Assembly (NCBI GenBank): GCA_965222375.1
Contig: CBDCTZ010000016.1
Location: forward strand, 1,120,001-1,184,000
Source: Polyangiaceae bacterium
Lineage (GTDB): Bacteria > Myxococcota_A > Polyangia > Polyangiales > Polyangiaceae
DNA: 64,000 bases
Direction of reading: 5' to 3'
Shown here: one piece after another, positions 31,111 to 40,800 of the stretch
How positions within the stretch are numbered: position 1 is the stretch's first letter
Layout of the letters: each line of letters opens with the position of its first letter
The notes under the pieces: model-generated
What the model was told of the DNA's origin: nothing
Seen by the model: the letters and a program-made list of their open reading frames with translations, nothing else
The model's database searches: none
Translations under genes and position numbers: made by a program

Positions 31111-31941
31111 ATGGCAATCCGAAAATTCAAGCCGACCTCAGCGGGTCGTCGATTTCAGACTTGCAGCGACTTTTCCGAGGTCACCACGAGGTTGCCCGAG
31201 AAGAGCTTGCTGGAGAAGCAATCCAAGACCGGTGGGCGCAACCACTTCGGTCGCATCACGAGCCGCTTCCGGGGCGGCGGTCACAAGCGTCGCTATCGCA
31301 GCATTGATTTCCGTCGCAACAAGATCGGCGTGCCTGCGAAGGTCGCGCACATCGAGTACGATCCCAACCGCACCGCGCGCATTGCACTGCTCCACTACGC
31401 GGACGGTGAGAAGCGCTACATTCTGGCTCCCGATGGCCTGAAGCAGGGCGACTCGGTCATTTCGAGTCGCAACGCCGACATCCAGCCCGGCAATAGCCTG
31501 CCTCTGCAGGCCATTCCCGCGGGCACGATGATCCACAATGTGGAGCTTCGCTTGGGCAAGGGTGGCCAGTTGGTGCGCTCCGCGGGTGTTGCGGCGCAGC
31601 TGATGGCGAAAGACGGTGCCTACGCGCAGGTCAAGTTGCCCAGCGGCGAGGTGCGCAAGGTGCACATCAAGTGTCGCGCGACGGTGGGTCAGGTCTCGAA
31701 CCTGGAACACCAGAACGTGTCTCTAGGCAAAGCCGGCCGCAAGCGCTGGCTCGGTCGTCGCCCCCACAACCGGGGCGTCAGTATGAACCCAGTCGATCAC
31801 CCCATGGGCGGTGGTGAAGGACGTACCAGCGGCGGTCGGCATCCGTGCTCGCCCTGGGGCAAATTGGCGAAGGGCCTCAAGACCCGCAATAACAAGCGCA
31901 CGGACAACATGATTGTGAAACAGCGAAAGGCGAAGGGCTGA
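31111..31941 (+). CDS. rplB: 50S ribosomal protein L2
   Basis: [25 protein letters not shown]. Confidence 0.98.
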   Translation: MAIRKFKPTSAGRRFQTCSDFSEVTTRLPEKSLLEKQSKTGGRNHFGRITSRFRGGGHKRRYRSIDFRRNKIGVPAKVAHIEYDPNRTARIALLHYADGEKRYILAPDGLKQGDSVISSRNADIQPGNSLPLQAIPAGTMIHNVELRLGKGGQLVRSAGVAAQLMAKDGAYAQVKLPSGEVRKVHIKCRATVGQVSNLEHQNVSLGKAGRKRWLGRRPHNRGVSMNPVDHPMGGGEGRTSGGRHPCSPWGKLAKGLKTRNNKRTDNMIVKQRKAKG

Positions 31942-32246
31942 TGGCGCGCAGTATCAAGAAGGGCCCGTTTTGCGACGGGCATCTGCTAACGAAAATCACG
32001 AACGCCCAGTCAAAGGGCGAGAAAAAGGTCATCAAGACCTGGTCGCGCCGGTCCACGATCTACCCGGAAGCCGTGGGCTTGACCTTCGCGGTTCACAACG
32101 GCCGCAAGTTCGTGCCTGTGTTCGTCACCGAGAACATGGTCGGACACAAGTTCGGCGAGTTCGCCCCGACCCGCACCTTCCACGGTCACGCAGGTGACAA
32201 GAAGGGTGGCGGCAAGCGAGGCAACCCGCGCACCGGCAAGGCGTAA
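31941..32246 (+). CDS. rpsS: 30S ribosomal protein S19
   Basis: [19 protein letters not shown]. Confidence 0.98.
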   Translation: MARSIKKGPFCDGHLLTKITNAQSKGEKKVIKTWSRRSTIYPEAVGLTFAVHNGRKFVPVFVTENMVGHKFGEFAPTRTFHGHAGDKKGGGKRGNPRTGKA

Positions 32247-32268
32247 GCCGCGCCTTGACAGTGAAGCG

Positions 32269-32307
32269 ACGGGCGACGCGCAAACAGCGTGTCGCCCGTT
32301 TCTTCTT
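32269..32307 (+). terminator. Intrinsic terminator after rpsS
   Basis: 13-bp stem acgggcgacgcgc / gcgtgtcgcccgt followed by ttcttctt. Confidence 0.75.
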
Positions 32308-32346
32308 GTGCCGTGAGCGTCGCTCAGTGCCTCCGGCAGCGTGCAG

Positions 32347-32509
32347 TCAGAGTTGCGCTGGCAACACTGAACGCGGAGCAGATTGGGGGCCAAGTCAGAG
32401 TTGTGGTGGTGCCACCGAAAGCGGAAGGGTGTGGCGGCTGAAATCGGAGCTGCGCTGGCAACACTGAGGGGTGTGGCGGCTGAAATCAGAGTTGCAGTGG
32501 CAACACTGA
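32347..32509. repeat. Four degenerate 24-bp quasi-palindromes (tcagagttgcgctggcaacactga), period 42-49 bp
   Basis: Copies start at 32347, 32395, 32444 and 32486. Confidence 0.8.
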
Positions 32510-32677
32510 AAGCGCCGCGGTGTGGGGGGCCACGCAGTCGAGGGATTCTGAATCAACGTTCTAGAATTGGGCCAGTGCACTCTGGGAGCTGGGCGAGAGT
32601 AGCGCCCCAACGCCGCCCCAGTTCCGCGACCCCAAAAACCAAACGACGAGCCTCGACAGACTCTGCGACCCCAGTTG

Positions 32678-32842
32678 CGAGCCGCCACCCACGGGTCGAG
32701 TTCACTTCCTCGATACGAGCTGCTACCCACGGGTCGAGTTCGTTTCGTCGATACGAGCTGCTACCCACGGGTCGAGTTCGTTTCCTCGATGCGAGCTGCT
32801 ACCCACGGGTCGAGTTCGTTTCCCTCGATACGAGCTGCCACC
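32678..32842. repeat. 38-bp tandem hairpin repeat, about 4.3 copies
   Basis: cgagctgctacccacgggtcgagttcgtttcctcgata units at 32678, 32716, 32754 and 32792, with a partial unit at 32831. Confidence 0.93.
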
Positions 32843-32868
32843 GAGCTGCCTTCGCTGGCGGCCTTCGG

Positions 32869-34104
32869 TTACCCCTTCAACACCCGCCGGGCTTCATCGA
32901 CATCGGAAAAGGGCAAGGTCTCGGCGCCAATGGTCTGGCCCAGCTCGTGACCTTTTCCCGCGATCACCACCACGTCTCCGCTGCGTGCGTCGCCCAGAGC
33001 GTTCTCGATCGCCTCGCGGCGATCCAATTCCACCTTCACGTACGCTCGGCCTCCTTTTCGACAGCCCGCGGAAAGTAGCTTGGCGATTTCGTTCGGGTTT
33101 TCGTGGCGGGGATTGTCGTTGGTGACCCAAGCGACGTCTGCACGCTCACCGACGGCTTGACCCATGGGCCGTCGCTTCTCCTTGTCTCGTCCGCCACCGG
33201 CTCCGAACACGACGATCACGCGATGGGTGCCCGCGAGCGCCCGCGCCGTGTCGCAGGTGCGAGCCAGCGCATCAGGCGTGTGCGCGAAGTCCACTGCGAC
33301 GACGACGGGAGCCTTCGCCAGCAGCTCGAAGCGCCCCGGTACATCGGGCACAGAAGCTAGCGCGCGCAGCAAGGTGTCCGTGTCGATGAAGTGCGCCGAA
33401 GCCGCACAAGCGACGGCGAGAGCGTTCTCACCAAAGACGTGACCAACGAGACTGATTTGCAGCTTTCCGCCCAGTTTTTCTGCCAACGCCGACGGCGCGA
33501 GCTCGACATGAGTGCCATCGGTCGAGACGCGGATTTCTTTCGCCTCCAAATCCGCAACCCGCAGCCGGCGTCCGCGGGTTGGTGCCGCGTACCACAAGCG
33601 GGAGACATCTGCGGGGGTGACCTGGTCGACGAGCTGAGCCGCTTCGTCCGCCGCGTTGAGCACGGCGGTCTTGCCGGGACCCAGATGCACGAAGAGCTGG
33701 GCTTTGCTGGCCAAGTAATGTTCCCAGGAACCATGGGCGTCTAGATGATCCCGCGAGAGATTCGTGAACAGTGCCATGTCGAAGCGCCACTGGTTGGCGT
33801 AACCGCGGGCCAGGGCCTGGCTGGTCACCTCTGCAACTGCAGTGCGAGCGCCGGCGTCGTGAGCCTGTTTGAAGGCGGCCACGTAACCTTCCATGGTGCG
33901 GGGCACGTCCAAGAGCTGGTCGTCGAGGCGATAGCCGAGCGTGGTTTCCGTCAGCACGCTTTTGCCCGCGGCGCGCAGCACATGGCTGAGCATGTTGGCC
34001 GTGCTGGTCTTGCCGTTGGTGCCGGTGACGCCGAAGGTGAAGAAATCGTCGGCCCACGCAAAGGGTGGCTTGGTTGGCCGAACGACCGCTTCGAGATCCG
34101 TCAC
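32869..34104 (-). CDS. MurE-like Mur ligase lacking the N-terminal domain
   Basis: GVTGTNGKTS, EVTSQAL, FTNLSRDHLD, DFAHTPDAL, DNPR, IAGKGHE; about 411 aa from GTG 34104. Confidence 0.85.
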   Translation of the reverse strand: MTDLEAVVRPTKPPFAWADDFFTFGVTGTNGKTSTANMLSHVLRAAGKSVLTETTLGYRLDDQLLDVPRTMEGYVAAFKQAHDAGARTAVAEVTSQALARGYANQWRFDMALFTNLSRDHLDAHGSWEHYLASKAQLFVHLGPGKTAVLNAADEAAQLVDQVTPADVSRLWYAAPTRGRRLRVADLEAKEIRVSTDGTHVELAPSALAEKLGGKLQISLVGHVFGENALAVACAASAHFIDTDTLLRALASVPDVPGRFELLAKAPVVVAVDFAHTPDALARTCDTARALAGTHRVIVVFGAGGGRDKEKRRPMGQAVGERADVAWVTNDNPRHENPNEIAKLLSAGCRKGGRAYVKVELDRREAIENALGDARSGDVVVIAGKGHELGQTIGAETLPFSDVDEARRVLKG

Positions 34105-34120
34105 GAGACGCCCTCTGCCA

Positions 34121-34594
34121 TCAGGAGGGCTTAGGCCCGAATCGGATCGCGCCACCCGGTAGGAAGTACAAGATGTCCATCTCGCCGCCGCTCACCGTGG
34201 GCACGTGCCAGGAACCGGGCGGGTAGGTGGTCCAACCAGGGTCGTTGTCGTCGAATTTCGGATCTCCGGAAACCGCGAAGCATAGATCGACCTCGCCGTT
34301 CGGATGGGTGTGCCCTGGCCCGGGTTTGCTCATGTTCACGGCGTCGATGCCCCAATCCTCGGAGTCAGCGGCCTTGTGCACACGGGAAAAGCGAATGCCG
34401 TCGTTTTCCCGATCACAGAGCCAGCCCTCGTCGACGCCTTCGCGCACCAACGCTTTGACCCGAGCCATCTCCGGACTGTCGAGGGGCAGTTTCTTGGTGA
34501 GGGCTGCGACCGCGTTGGGATCCTTGGGGTCGACGGCCTTGATGACCTTCAAGAGCGGTTGGAGTGCTTCGAGCAATTCGGTAACGGAACTCAT
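34121..34594 (-). CDS. DUF4863-like (hydroxylaminobenzoate-lyase-like) cupin protein
   Basis: GPGHTHPNGEVDL, PPGSWHVPTVSGG, ILYFLPGGAI; ATG 34594. Confidence 0.75.
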   Translation of the reverse strand: MSSVTELLEALQPLLKVIKAVDPKDPNAVAALTKKLPLDSPEMARVKALVREGVDEGWLCDRENDGIRFSRVHKAADSEDWGIDAVNMSKPGPGHTHPNGEVDLCFAVSGDPKFDDNDPGWTTYPPGSWHVPTVSGGEMDILYFLPGGAIRFGPKPS

Positions 34595-34839
34595 CGAGGC
34601 GGAGTGTAACGCAGCTTGGTCTTGGACCAAGGACTTGGGTTTTTTGGGGTCGAGCGACGCGCTTCGCGATGCCCGACGGGGCAATACCCGACGGGGTGCT
34701 GGGGCAGCGTGGGGCGCTAATCTCGCTGAATTTCAAAGCTGGGCGTGGGCTCGACAGGGGTCGAGCGTGCGTGCGAAGGTTGGCGTCGACGCGCGTGGCT
34801 CGCCCGCGCCGCGTGGCGAAAATGCTAGAGTATTTACCG

Positions 34840-35073
34840 ATGTCCTCCGACGTTGCACGTCAGCGCAGGGCCGAGGCCCGACGGAAAAGTGCTACCCTGA
34901 CCAAGACCTCGCTTCGCGCGGAAGAGCGTGATTCGACGCCGATCTACGGTGCGCAGGCCATCACGCTAGTGACTCGATTGTCGCGAAGCAGTTGGTCCCT
35001 GTCCGGTCGACCCGTTCCGTCCTACCCACGGGCCCAGATCCCGATTCGCTTCGTTTCGGGACGACCAACGTGA
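34840..35073 (+). CDS. Small basic hypothetical protein, putative partner of the downstream nucleotidyltransferase
   Basis: 77 aa from ATG 34840; its stop overlaps the next start (GTGA). Confidence 0.6.
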   Translation: MSSDVARQRRAEARRKSATLTKTSLRAEERDSTPIYGAQAITLVTRLSRSSWSLSGRPVPSYPRAQIPIRFVSGRPT

Positions 35074-35546
35074 TCGAGCTCCCCGACGATTTCCGAGATC
35101 TCCTGATCGAGCTCTGCGACGCCCATGCCGAATTTGTGGTGATCGGCGGGCACGCGGTCGCATTTCACGGTCACCCTCGCGCAACCAAGGATCTCGATGT
35201 GCTCGTTCGTGCCACATCCGAGAACGCAAGACGCGTGTATGCAGCGCTCGCCGCATTCGGTGCGCCGCTCCAAGCCTTCGATGTGACGGAGGATGACTTT
35301 GCGACCTACGAGGGAGTGCTCCAAATCGGAGTTCCGCCACTTCGAATCGATATCCTGAATCGCGCAGATGGTATCACCTTTGACGAGGCGACCGCCGCAG
35401 GCGAAACCTTCGACGTCGAGGGCCGTGCCGTTCCTGTCATCGCACGGGCAGCCCTGCTCGCAAACAAGCGCGCTGCCGGCCGAGAGCAAGACATCGCCGA
35501 TATTGCGGCACTGGAGCGCGTTGCAGGTCGATACGGTGAGGAGTGA
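35070..35546 (+). CDS. Nucleotidyltransferase-fold protein (DUF6036/AbiEii-like clan)
   Basis: IGGHAV..HG..RATKDLD and C-terminal NKRAAGREQDIADI. Confidence 0.8.
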   Translation: MIELPDDFRDLLIELCDAHAEFVVIGGHAVAFHGHPRATKDLDVLVRATSENARRVYAALAAFGAPLQAFDVTEDDFATYEGVLQIGVPPLRIDILNRADGITFDEATAAGETFDVEGRAVPVIARAALLANKRAAGREQDIADIAALERVAGRYGEE

Positions 35547-36043
35547 CGCATTCGTCGCTACCGGCCGTACTTCTCGGCGTCCTGCTGGTGGGATTTAGTG
35601 CTGGCTGTGGCCCGCCCAAAAGGGTCGGAACGACGAGCAAGGTCCCACGGAAGGTGTCGGACATCCTGACATGCCCCAACGAAGTCACCGAGGCGAGCGT
35701 TCCGCTCGAAGAAACCTTGCCCAATTGGACCTCACATCTGGGAGACGTGACTCTGTCGGGCGTGATTGTGCGGGGTGAGCCCAATTGCGGCTCCACGGCG
35801 GGCGGTCGAGACTACATGTGCGAAGTCGATCTGCTGCTCTCCCAAGAAGAACTCCGTGGCGCCCGCCGCCCGTACGATGGTGTCGTGCTTGCCCCCCCCT
35901 ACAACTGCGATGGCGATCCGACGCGCACGGCATGCTTCGTTGGTCCGGACTCGAGCCCGCGGGTCGTGATTCAGGGTCGGTTGGTGCGCGGACCATCGGG
36001 CAAGGTCCCGTTGTTGCGGGTGTACACTTTGTGCATGGCGTGA
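35543..36043 (+). CDS. Hypothetical Cys-containing lipoprotein
   Basis: Signal peptide ending SAGC; GTGA overlap with the NTase gene. Confidence 0.6.
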   Translation: MTHSSLPAVLLGVLLVGFSAGCGPPKRVGTTSKVPRKVSDILTCPNEVTEASVPLEETLPNWTSHLGDVTLSGVIVRGEPNCGSTAGGRDYMCEVDLLLSQEELRGARRPYDGVVLAPPYNCDGDPTRTACFVGPDSSPRVVIQGRLVRGPSGKVPLLRVYTLCMA

Positions 36044-36106
36044 TCGCCTGCATTGTCAGTGCGCTGGAGCGGGTGCGAACGTGAAAGCACGGACGCCGCT
36101 GTGCCG

Positions 36107-36616
36107 CTAGCGTCCCGGAACAGCCCCAAGCGGAAGGTACATCATGATCGGTCGCGGGGCTTGCAGGGTGGCGCCCTCCAGAGCCTCGACTTCTACGAAG
36201 CCGTACTTTGCGTAGAAGTTGACGGCTTGCGGTTTGGCATCAACCAGAACGCCCACGCAGCCAACCTGGTCTCGCATCTGTTCCGCGAGCTCGAACGCGA
36301 AGCGTAGGAGTGCAGGGCCGAGCCCGATGTTGCGCGCTCGCTCATCAACGGCGAGGCGGGCGATACGCAGAACGGGAATGGGGTACGGTGGCATCTTCCG
36401 ACCCGAGGGAAGGTCGTCGGCATCGAGCGACGCGGGGCTGACCGTCACGAATCCGAGGATCTTCTCGTCATCAACTGCAACGTAGGTGACTCCAATGTGG
36501 TGTCGGAACTGATTCTGACCCGCGTAGCGATGAAAGAAGAGGTCGAGGGCTGCGTCCCCGGATCTGAACTCGCTTCTGTCGTCCGTCGGTGAAAGCGGGC
36601 GGATCTCAACGGTCAT
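36107..36616 (-). CDS. GNAT acetyltransferase toxin (TacT/AtaT-like)
   Basis: FRSGDAALDLF, PIPVLRIARLAVD...IGLG, VLVDAK..AVNFYAKYGF. Confidence 0.88.
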   Translation of the reverse strand: MTVEIRPLSPTDDRSEFRSGDAALDLFFHRYAGQNQFRHHIGVTYVAVDDEKILGFVTVSPASLDADDLPSGRKMPPYPIPVLRIARLAVDERARNIGLGPALLRFAFELAEQMRDQVGCVGVLVDAKPQAVNFYAKYGFVEVEALEGATLQAPRPIMMYLPLGAVPGR

Positions 36617-36875
36617 CGAAGAGCTTCGCCATCGCGGCCGTCGGCTCCGGAGGGTGGCTCGTGAGATCCCGCACGCGTTTCGCACTGTCTGCAGTGAGAA
36701 CGACCCGAGCGGGAAGCACGACGTCTGGAGGCAACTCCTCGAGGGCTCGGATGTGATGCTGCAGGGCCTGCTCAATCAGATGGGCGCGCGTCATCCCACG
36801 AGATCGTGCGAGGCGCTCCATGTGAGCCTTGGTTTCAGCGGAAACAACCGTCGAGATTTGAACTTCCGAGGCCAT
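36606..36875 (-). CDS. RHH antitoxin (DUF1778/TacA-like)
   Basis: N-terminal ribbon-helix-helix pattern, C-terminal PPEPTAAMAKLF; overlaps the GNAT start. Confidence 0.82.
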   Translation of the reverse strand: MASEVQISTVVSAETKAHMERLARSRGMTRAHLIEQALQHHIRALEELPPDVVLPARVVLTADSAKRVRDLTSHPPEPTAAMAKLFDDR

Positions 36876-36876
36876 A

Positions 36877-36911
36877 TACGTAAGCGTATGTTCTACGGGT
36901 GCGTATGTCAA
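36877..36911 (-). promoter_or_regulatory. Sigma70 promoter with two TACG-N4-CGTA operators
   Basis: TTGACA (36911-36906), N17, TACGCT (36888-36883); palindromes at 36877-36888 and 36894-36905. Confidence 0.72.
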
Positions 36912-37172
36912 AGGCTGACGCACCCGGGAAAGTGGGGTTGCGGACAGAGGCACGGGATCTGCTCCGTCGTTCCGGAGGCCCGCTATACAAGCAGCAAAAT
37001 TTGGGTTCCCGCACGAGGTGCTCCGCCTGGCTCAGAGGCCTCGGGTCGATGTTCTTGATGATTGTCAACCCAGCTCACCTCACTTTGGTCGACCCCTCCG
37101 GCTGTTGCCTGGGTGACAAAGGCGCGGGCGACTGCTTTGACCGGAACCAGTGTACCCCGTAACCTGCTGAGT

Positions 37173-37811
37173 ATGCTGGGGTGGAATGTGCGAGGCCTCG
37201 CCTGCCAGTCAACGGGTCGGCGTGGACGCAGGGTCTCCAGCAGGCATGTTGTCAGAACTCGTCGCTCGTTCCTGGGCCGGTTGGCTCGCTCTGGGGCGGT
37301 TGCAGCCTTGCCGATCGTCTTCTGCGTCTCTTGCGGGACGCATCGCCCTGCGCGAACAGAGGAGAGTTCAGCGGTGCCGTTGACTACGCTCCAGCAATTG
37401 GACCGAGCCCCAAATCACTATTCGGGCAAGAAGGTACGCGTGCGCGGAAGAGCCATTGCTGTGGGGGAGGTGTCATGCGTGCGGCGATGCGCTCCATTGC
37501 AGGCGTACCTTGGCTGGTCCGTCGATCCAAACTCGATAATGCCTGAAGAAACCTCGGGGTACATGATCGCACTGCGGGGCCAGGGCGCCCAGCCCTTCGA
37601 GTGCGATGGGCGTGGCTGCGGTGCCCTGCGGTTGCAGCATTGCTACGAACTGATCGGCACATTCAAACACACCACTGACCCACGATTGCTAGACGGACTT
37701 CTTACGTTGAAGGTTGAGAAGCACAAAGAGATACCCGATCGAACCGAAAACTGCGGTTGGAACTCGGCGGCATGGAGCGGCAAGCGCACTGAAGAGGGAG
37801 AGCCAGGATGA
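37173..37811 (+). CDS. Hypothetical Cys-containing lipoprotein (start uncertain)
   Basis: Hydrophobic segment ending VSC. Either a Tat-like TRRSFL signal in frame, or ATG 37246 plus a frameshift. Confidence 0.55.
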   Translation: MLGWNVRGLACQSTGRRGRRVSSRHVVRTRRSFLGRLARSGAVAALPIVFCVSCGTHRPARTEESSAVPLTTLQQLDRAPNHYSGKKVRVRGRAIAVGEVSCVRRCAPLQAYLGWSVDPNSIMPEETSGYMIALRGQGAQPFECDGRGCGALRLQHCYELIGTFKHTTDPRLLDGLLTLKVEKHKEIPDRTENCGWNSAAWSGKRTEEGEPG

Positions 37812-40800
37812 AGCACAACATGACCAAGTCGAGAGTCGGACGACTTTTCTCACGCTGCTTGCTCACGGCTTTGGCTACGGGGCTTGTGGGCTGTGGCGCA
37901 CAGGACCCGAAGGGCACCGCGTCGCAGGAGATCTATTCGGGCTCCCGGTAGACGGCAGCCTGGTTGGTGTGGTGTACATCGAGTACAAAGATGCGTTCGG
38001 CACGGTCTGCGCCAACGGTAGCGGAGTCATGCTGACCAATACGTGGCTGCTCAGTGCTGCTCACGTGCTCGATCACCAATGTCCATTCCCGCCGGTCGAG
38101 CTCAAGATCACGATGCGGGGCAGCCTGCTCAACCAGACCCAGACCTATCAGGCAGCCAGTTTTCCCTTCGTCTTCGTTCATCCCCGTTACATTTACGGAG
38201 GCTCTTTCGGGACAGCAGGCATCAATCACGGCTGGGATGCAGCACTGATGAATCTGAGCCAGCCCTTCACCATCGGGGGCGCTGTCACTGGGCACGTTCG
38301 CCGACTGACCACGAAGCGTGCCTCTGACTTCATCCTGGCTGGCAAGAAGAGCGTATTCGGCACAAGCATCACTTCACCTCCCGCGACTTGGCCACCGCCC
38401 GCGGGCGCGTTCGGGAATCCCAACACGGCGGATTTCACGGTCGTGCCATTTCCGGGTTTCAGTTTCAATAAGGTCAAGCGCGACAAGCTACTTCAACAAG
38501 GGTACTCACCCCACGAGTTCGCCGTTCATCGCGGCGGCGGCTTTCTCCCAAGCTCAAACGTTGCAGACGCCATTCCGATCCAAGGAGATTCGGGTGGACC
38601 GATGATTGACGTTACCGACCCAATTTTCTTGCACGGCGACGTGGTTGGGCTCGTGGAGTCCGGCGACGGCGAAGTCTTCCCTCCGGGCAGCCCCACGGGC
38701 GTGCCCAGGCCCGAGTACGCTCACTTCTCGGCAGCCTCGGGATTCCGAGACTATGTGCGGGCGGTGTTGGCGTACAGCGCGCCCCGTGTGTTGTTGGACA
38801 TGAACGGCGACGGAAAGCAGGACAGTATCGGCATGTCGCCATCTTCCACCGGCAGTGCCGTTTTGGATATCCAGTTCGGCGGTGGCGGCTCATTGAGTTG
38901 GGACACGACCCTGCCACTGCCCAGTGGAACGCTCGCCGGCTTCTTTCCTGGCAACTTCGACGGCGACGCATATGATGATCTGGTCGGCCACATTGCCGGC
39001 GTCCCGCTGTACTTCCGCGGCGGGCAAGTCTTCGACTTCGCGAACAACCTCAGTTCAACCTGGAATCTTCTCACGGATCCCGAGAACCTCACAAATCCTG
39101 TCTCGTACTTCACCGTTGGGGATTTCAACTTTGACGGAACCAGCGACGTTGAGGTTGTGCGTGACGATGGAGCCTCGAGCAGATTCCTCGGGGAGAGCTT
39201 TGGCACGAAAGGACTGACGTCGGCGTCGCATTTAGCCCCCAGGGGTTTCAACTTCTTCGGTGACCCAGAGGAGTCCTTTGCGATCTCCTCGCGGGGGGGG
39301 ATCCCTCGGCTTGATCTCCCCGGAGGACTCACTCGAATCGAAGGCGCCGTGTACCTTTGGTCCAACGATGGTACGACGTCCTACGTTGACGGGATTTCGC
39401 TCGATGGCCTTAAAGCGGGTCTGAATGCTGGTCCAGGGGGCGAGCTGGGGGACCTGTTCGGCGCGGAGCTCGTTTGGGGCAGCTTCGATGGTAATGCGCT
39501 GGCGCACGGGCTTGTGGTTGGTGCACCAGGCAGAAGCGTCGGGGGTGTTGGCGAGGCAGGAATTGTCGCGTATTTGCGCCATGCTCCAGCCTCCCCGGTT
39601 CTGGTTTCGGCGGTGTACTTTGACGCGTCCACGTTTGGGTCCACGCCCAGCAAGGACGCGCGCTTTGGCAGTGTCATGACGGTAGGCGACTTCAACGGCG
39701 ACACGATAGATGATCTCGCGATAAGCTCGTCCGGCGCCGTGCATGTGTTGATGGGGAGCGCGACGTCCGGGCTGTCCGCGTCAAACGCGAAGCTCACTTT
39801 GCTGCCGGCACACTTCGATCTCTCCGTGGCAACCATGCAGGGCGGACTCGCCGCGGCAGACTTCAATTGTGATGGCTTCGAAGATCTGGCGATCGGTGTG
39901 TCGGGCGCGAAAGTCGGTCTCACGGAGCGCGCGGGCGCTGTGATCATCAACTACGGTGGACCAACAGGGATAACACTCCCTGTTGCGGGCGAAGTCGCCC
40001 GCTGGCAGCGCATCGACCAATCAATCCCGGAAATGGAGCGAGTCAGCTCCTGAGCGGCCAACGGTTCGGGTTCGAGCTAGCGGCTGGCAACTTCAATGGG
40101 GATGCTTTTCAAGGCAAGCCATGCGTCGATCTCGCCATTTCGTCCGAACCGAGGGGCTCTGTCTTTGGTCTTCCCGGAGGACCTCCGCCCTTCCCCGGTA
40201 GAGGTGCGGTCGACGTTGTCCTTGGGAGCCCTGGTGGACTCACCCCGAATGGACGCCAGAGGCTGCAACAGGGCATGGTCGTCGGAGGCATGGCGATTGA
40301 AGAGCTTGCGGAGGTCGATGATCGATTCGGCTCTGCGCTCGCCGTTACCGCCGCCGATACAGATGGATTCGATGATCTCGTTGTCGGGGTCAACGGTGAA
40401 GATCAAGGGCGTGGCGTCGTACATCTGCTGCGAGGCAGCTCGCAGGGCATCACGGCTGTCGGCCAAGCCTTGTGGCGGCAAGGTAAGGAAAAGATCTCGA
40501 TCGAGTCGCCCGAGGTTGGTGAGCACTTCGGCGCATCCGTTGGTGGCACCAGCAATGGCGTGATCATCGTCTCCGCTCCGGACGAGAGCTTTGCCGGCGC
40601 CACGCCGACAGATCCCGAAGTTCGCAGGGCCGGTTGGGCCGCGATAGTTCGGGTAACGGACACATCACCGATCCTTCAATCCGTGGTGCTCGAAGCAACT
40701 GAGAAGTCAATTGCCAAGAATTTGCCGTCGCCATCGCCGCTGCGCGAGTGGGGCCTGTTCGGATCTGGGCTTACGGCGGCGCGTCCCGCCTTCGTGGCTC

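Noticed and set aside
32347..32842. CRISPR array
   Set aside because: Array B has no unique spacers. Array A's linkers are short and related to each other, and its repeats are degenerate. No cas genes are in the window.
32255..33078. ORFs 32383..33078, 32395..32730, 32553..32768 and 32675..32950
   Set aside because: They are translations of non-triplet DNA repeats or overlap murE antisense; no protein-like features.
37049..37162. RHS-core-like peptide NPAHLTLVDPSG
   Set aside because: Only a short resemblance to the DPxG motif, with no YD repeats or toxin domain; likely chance.
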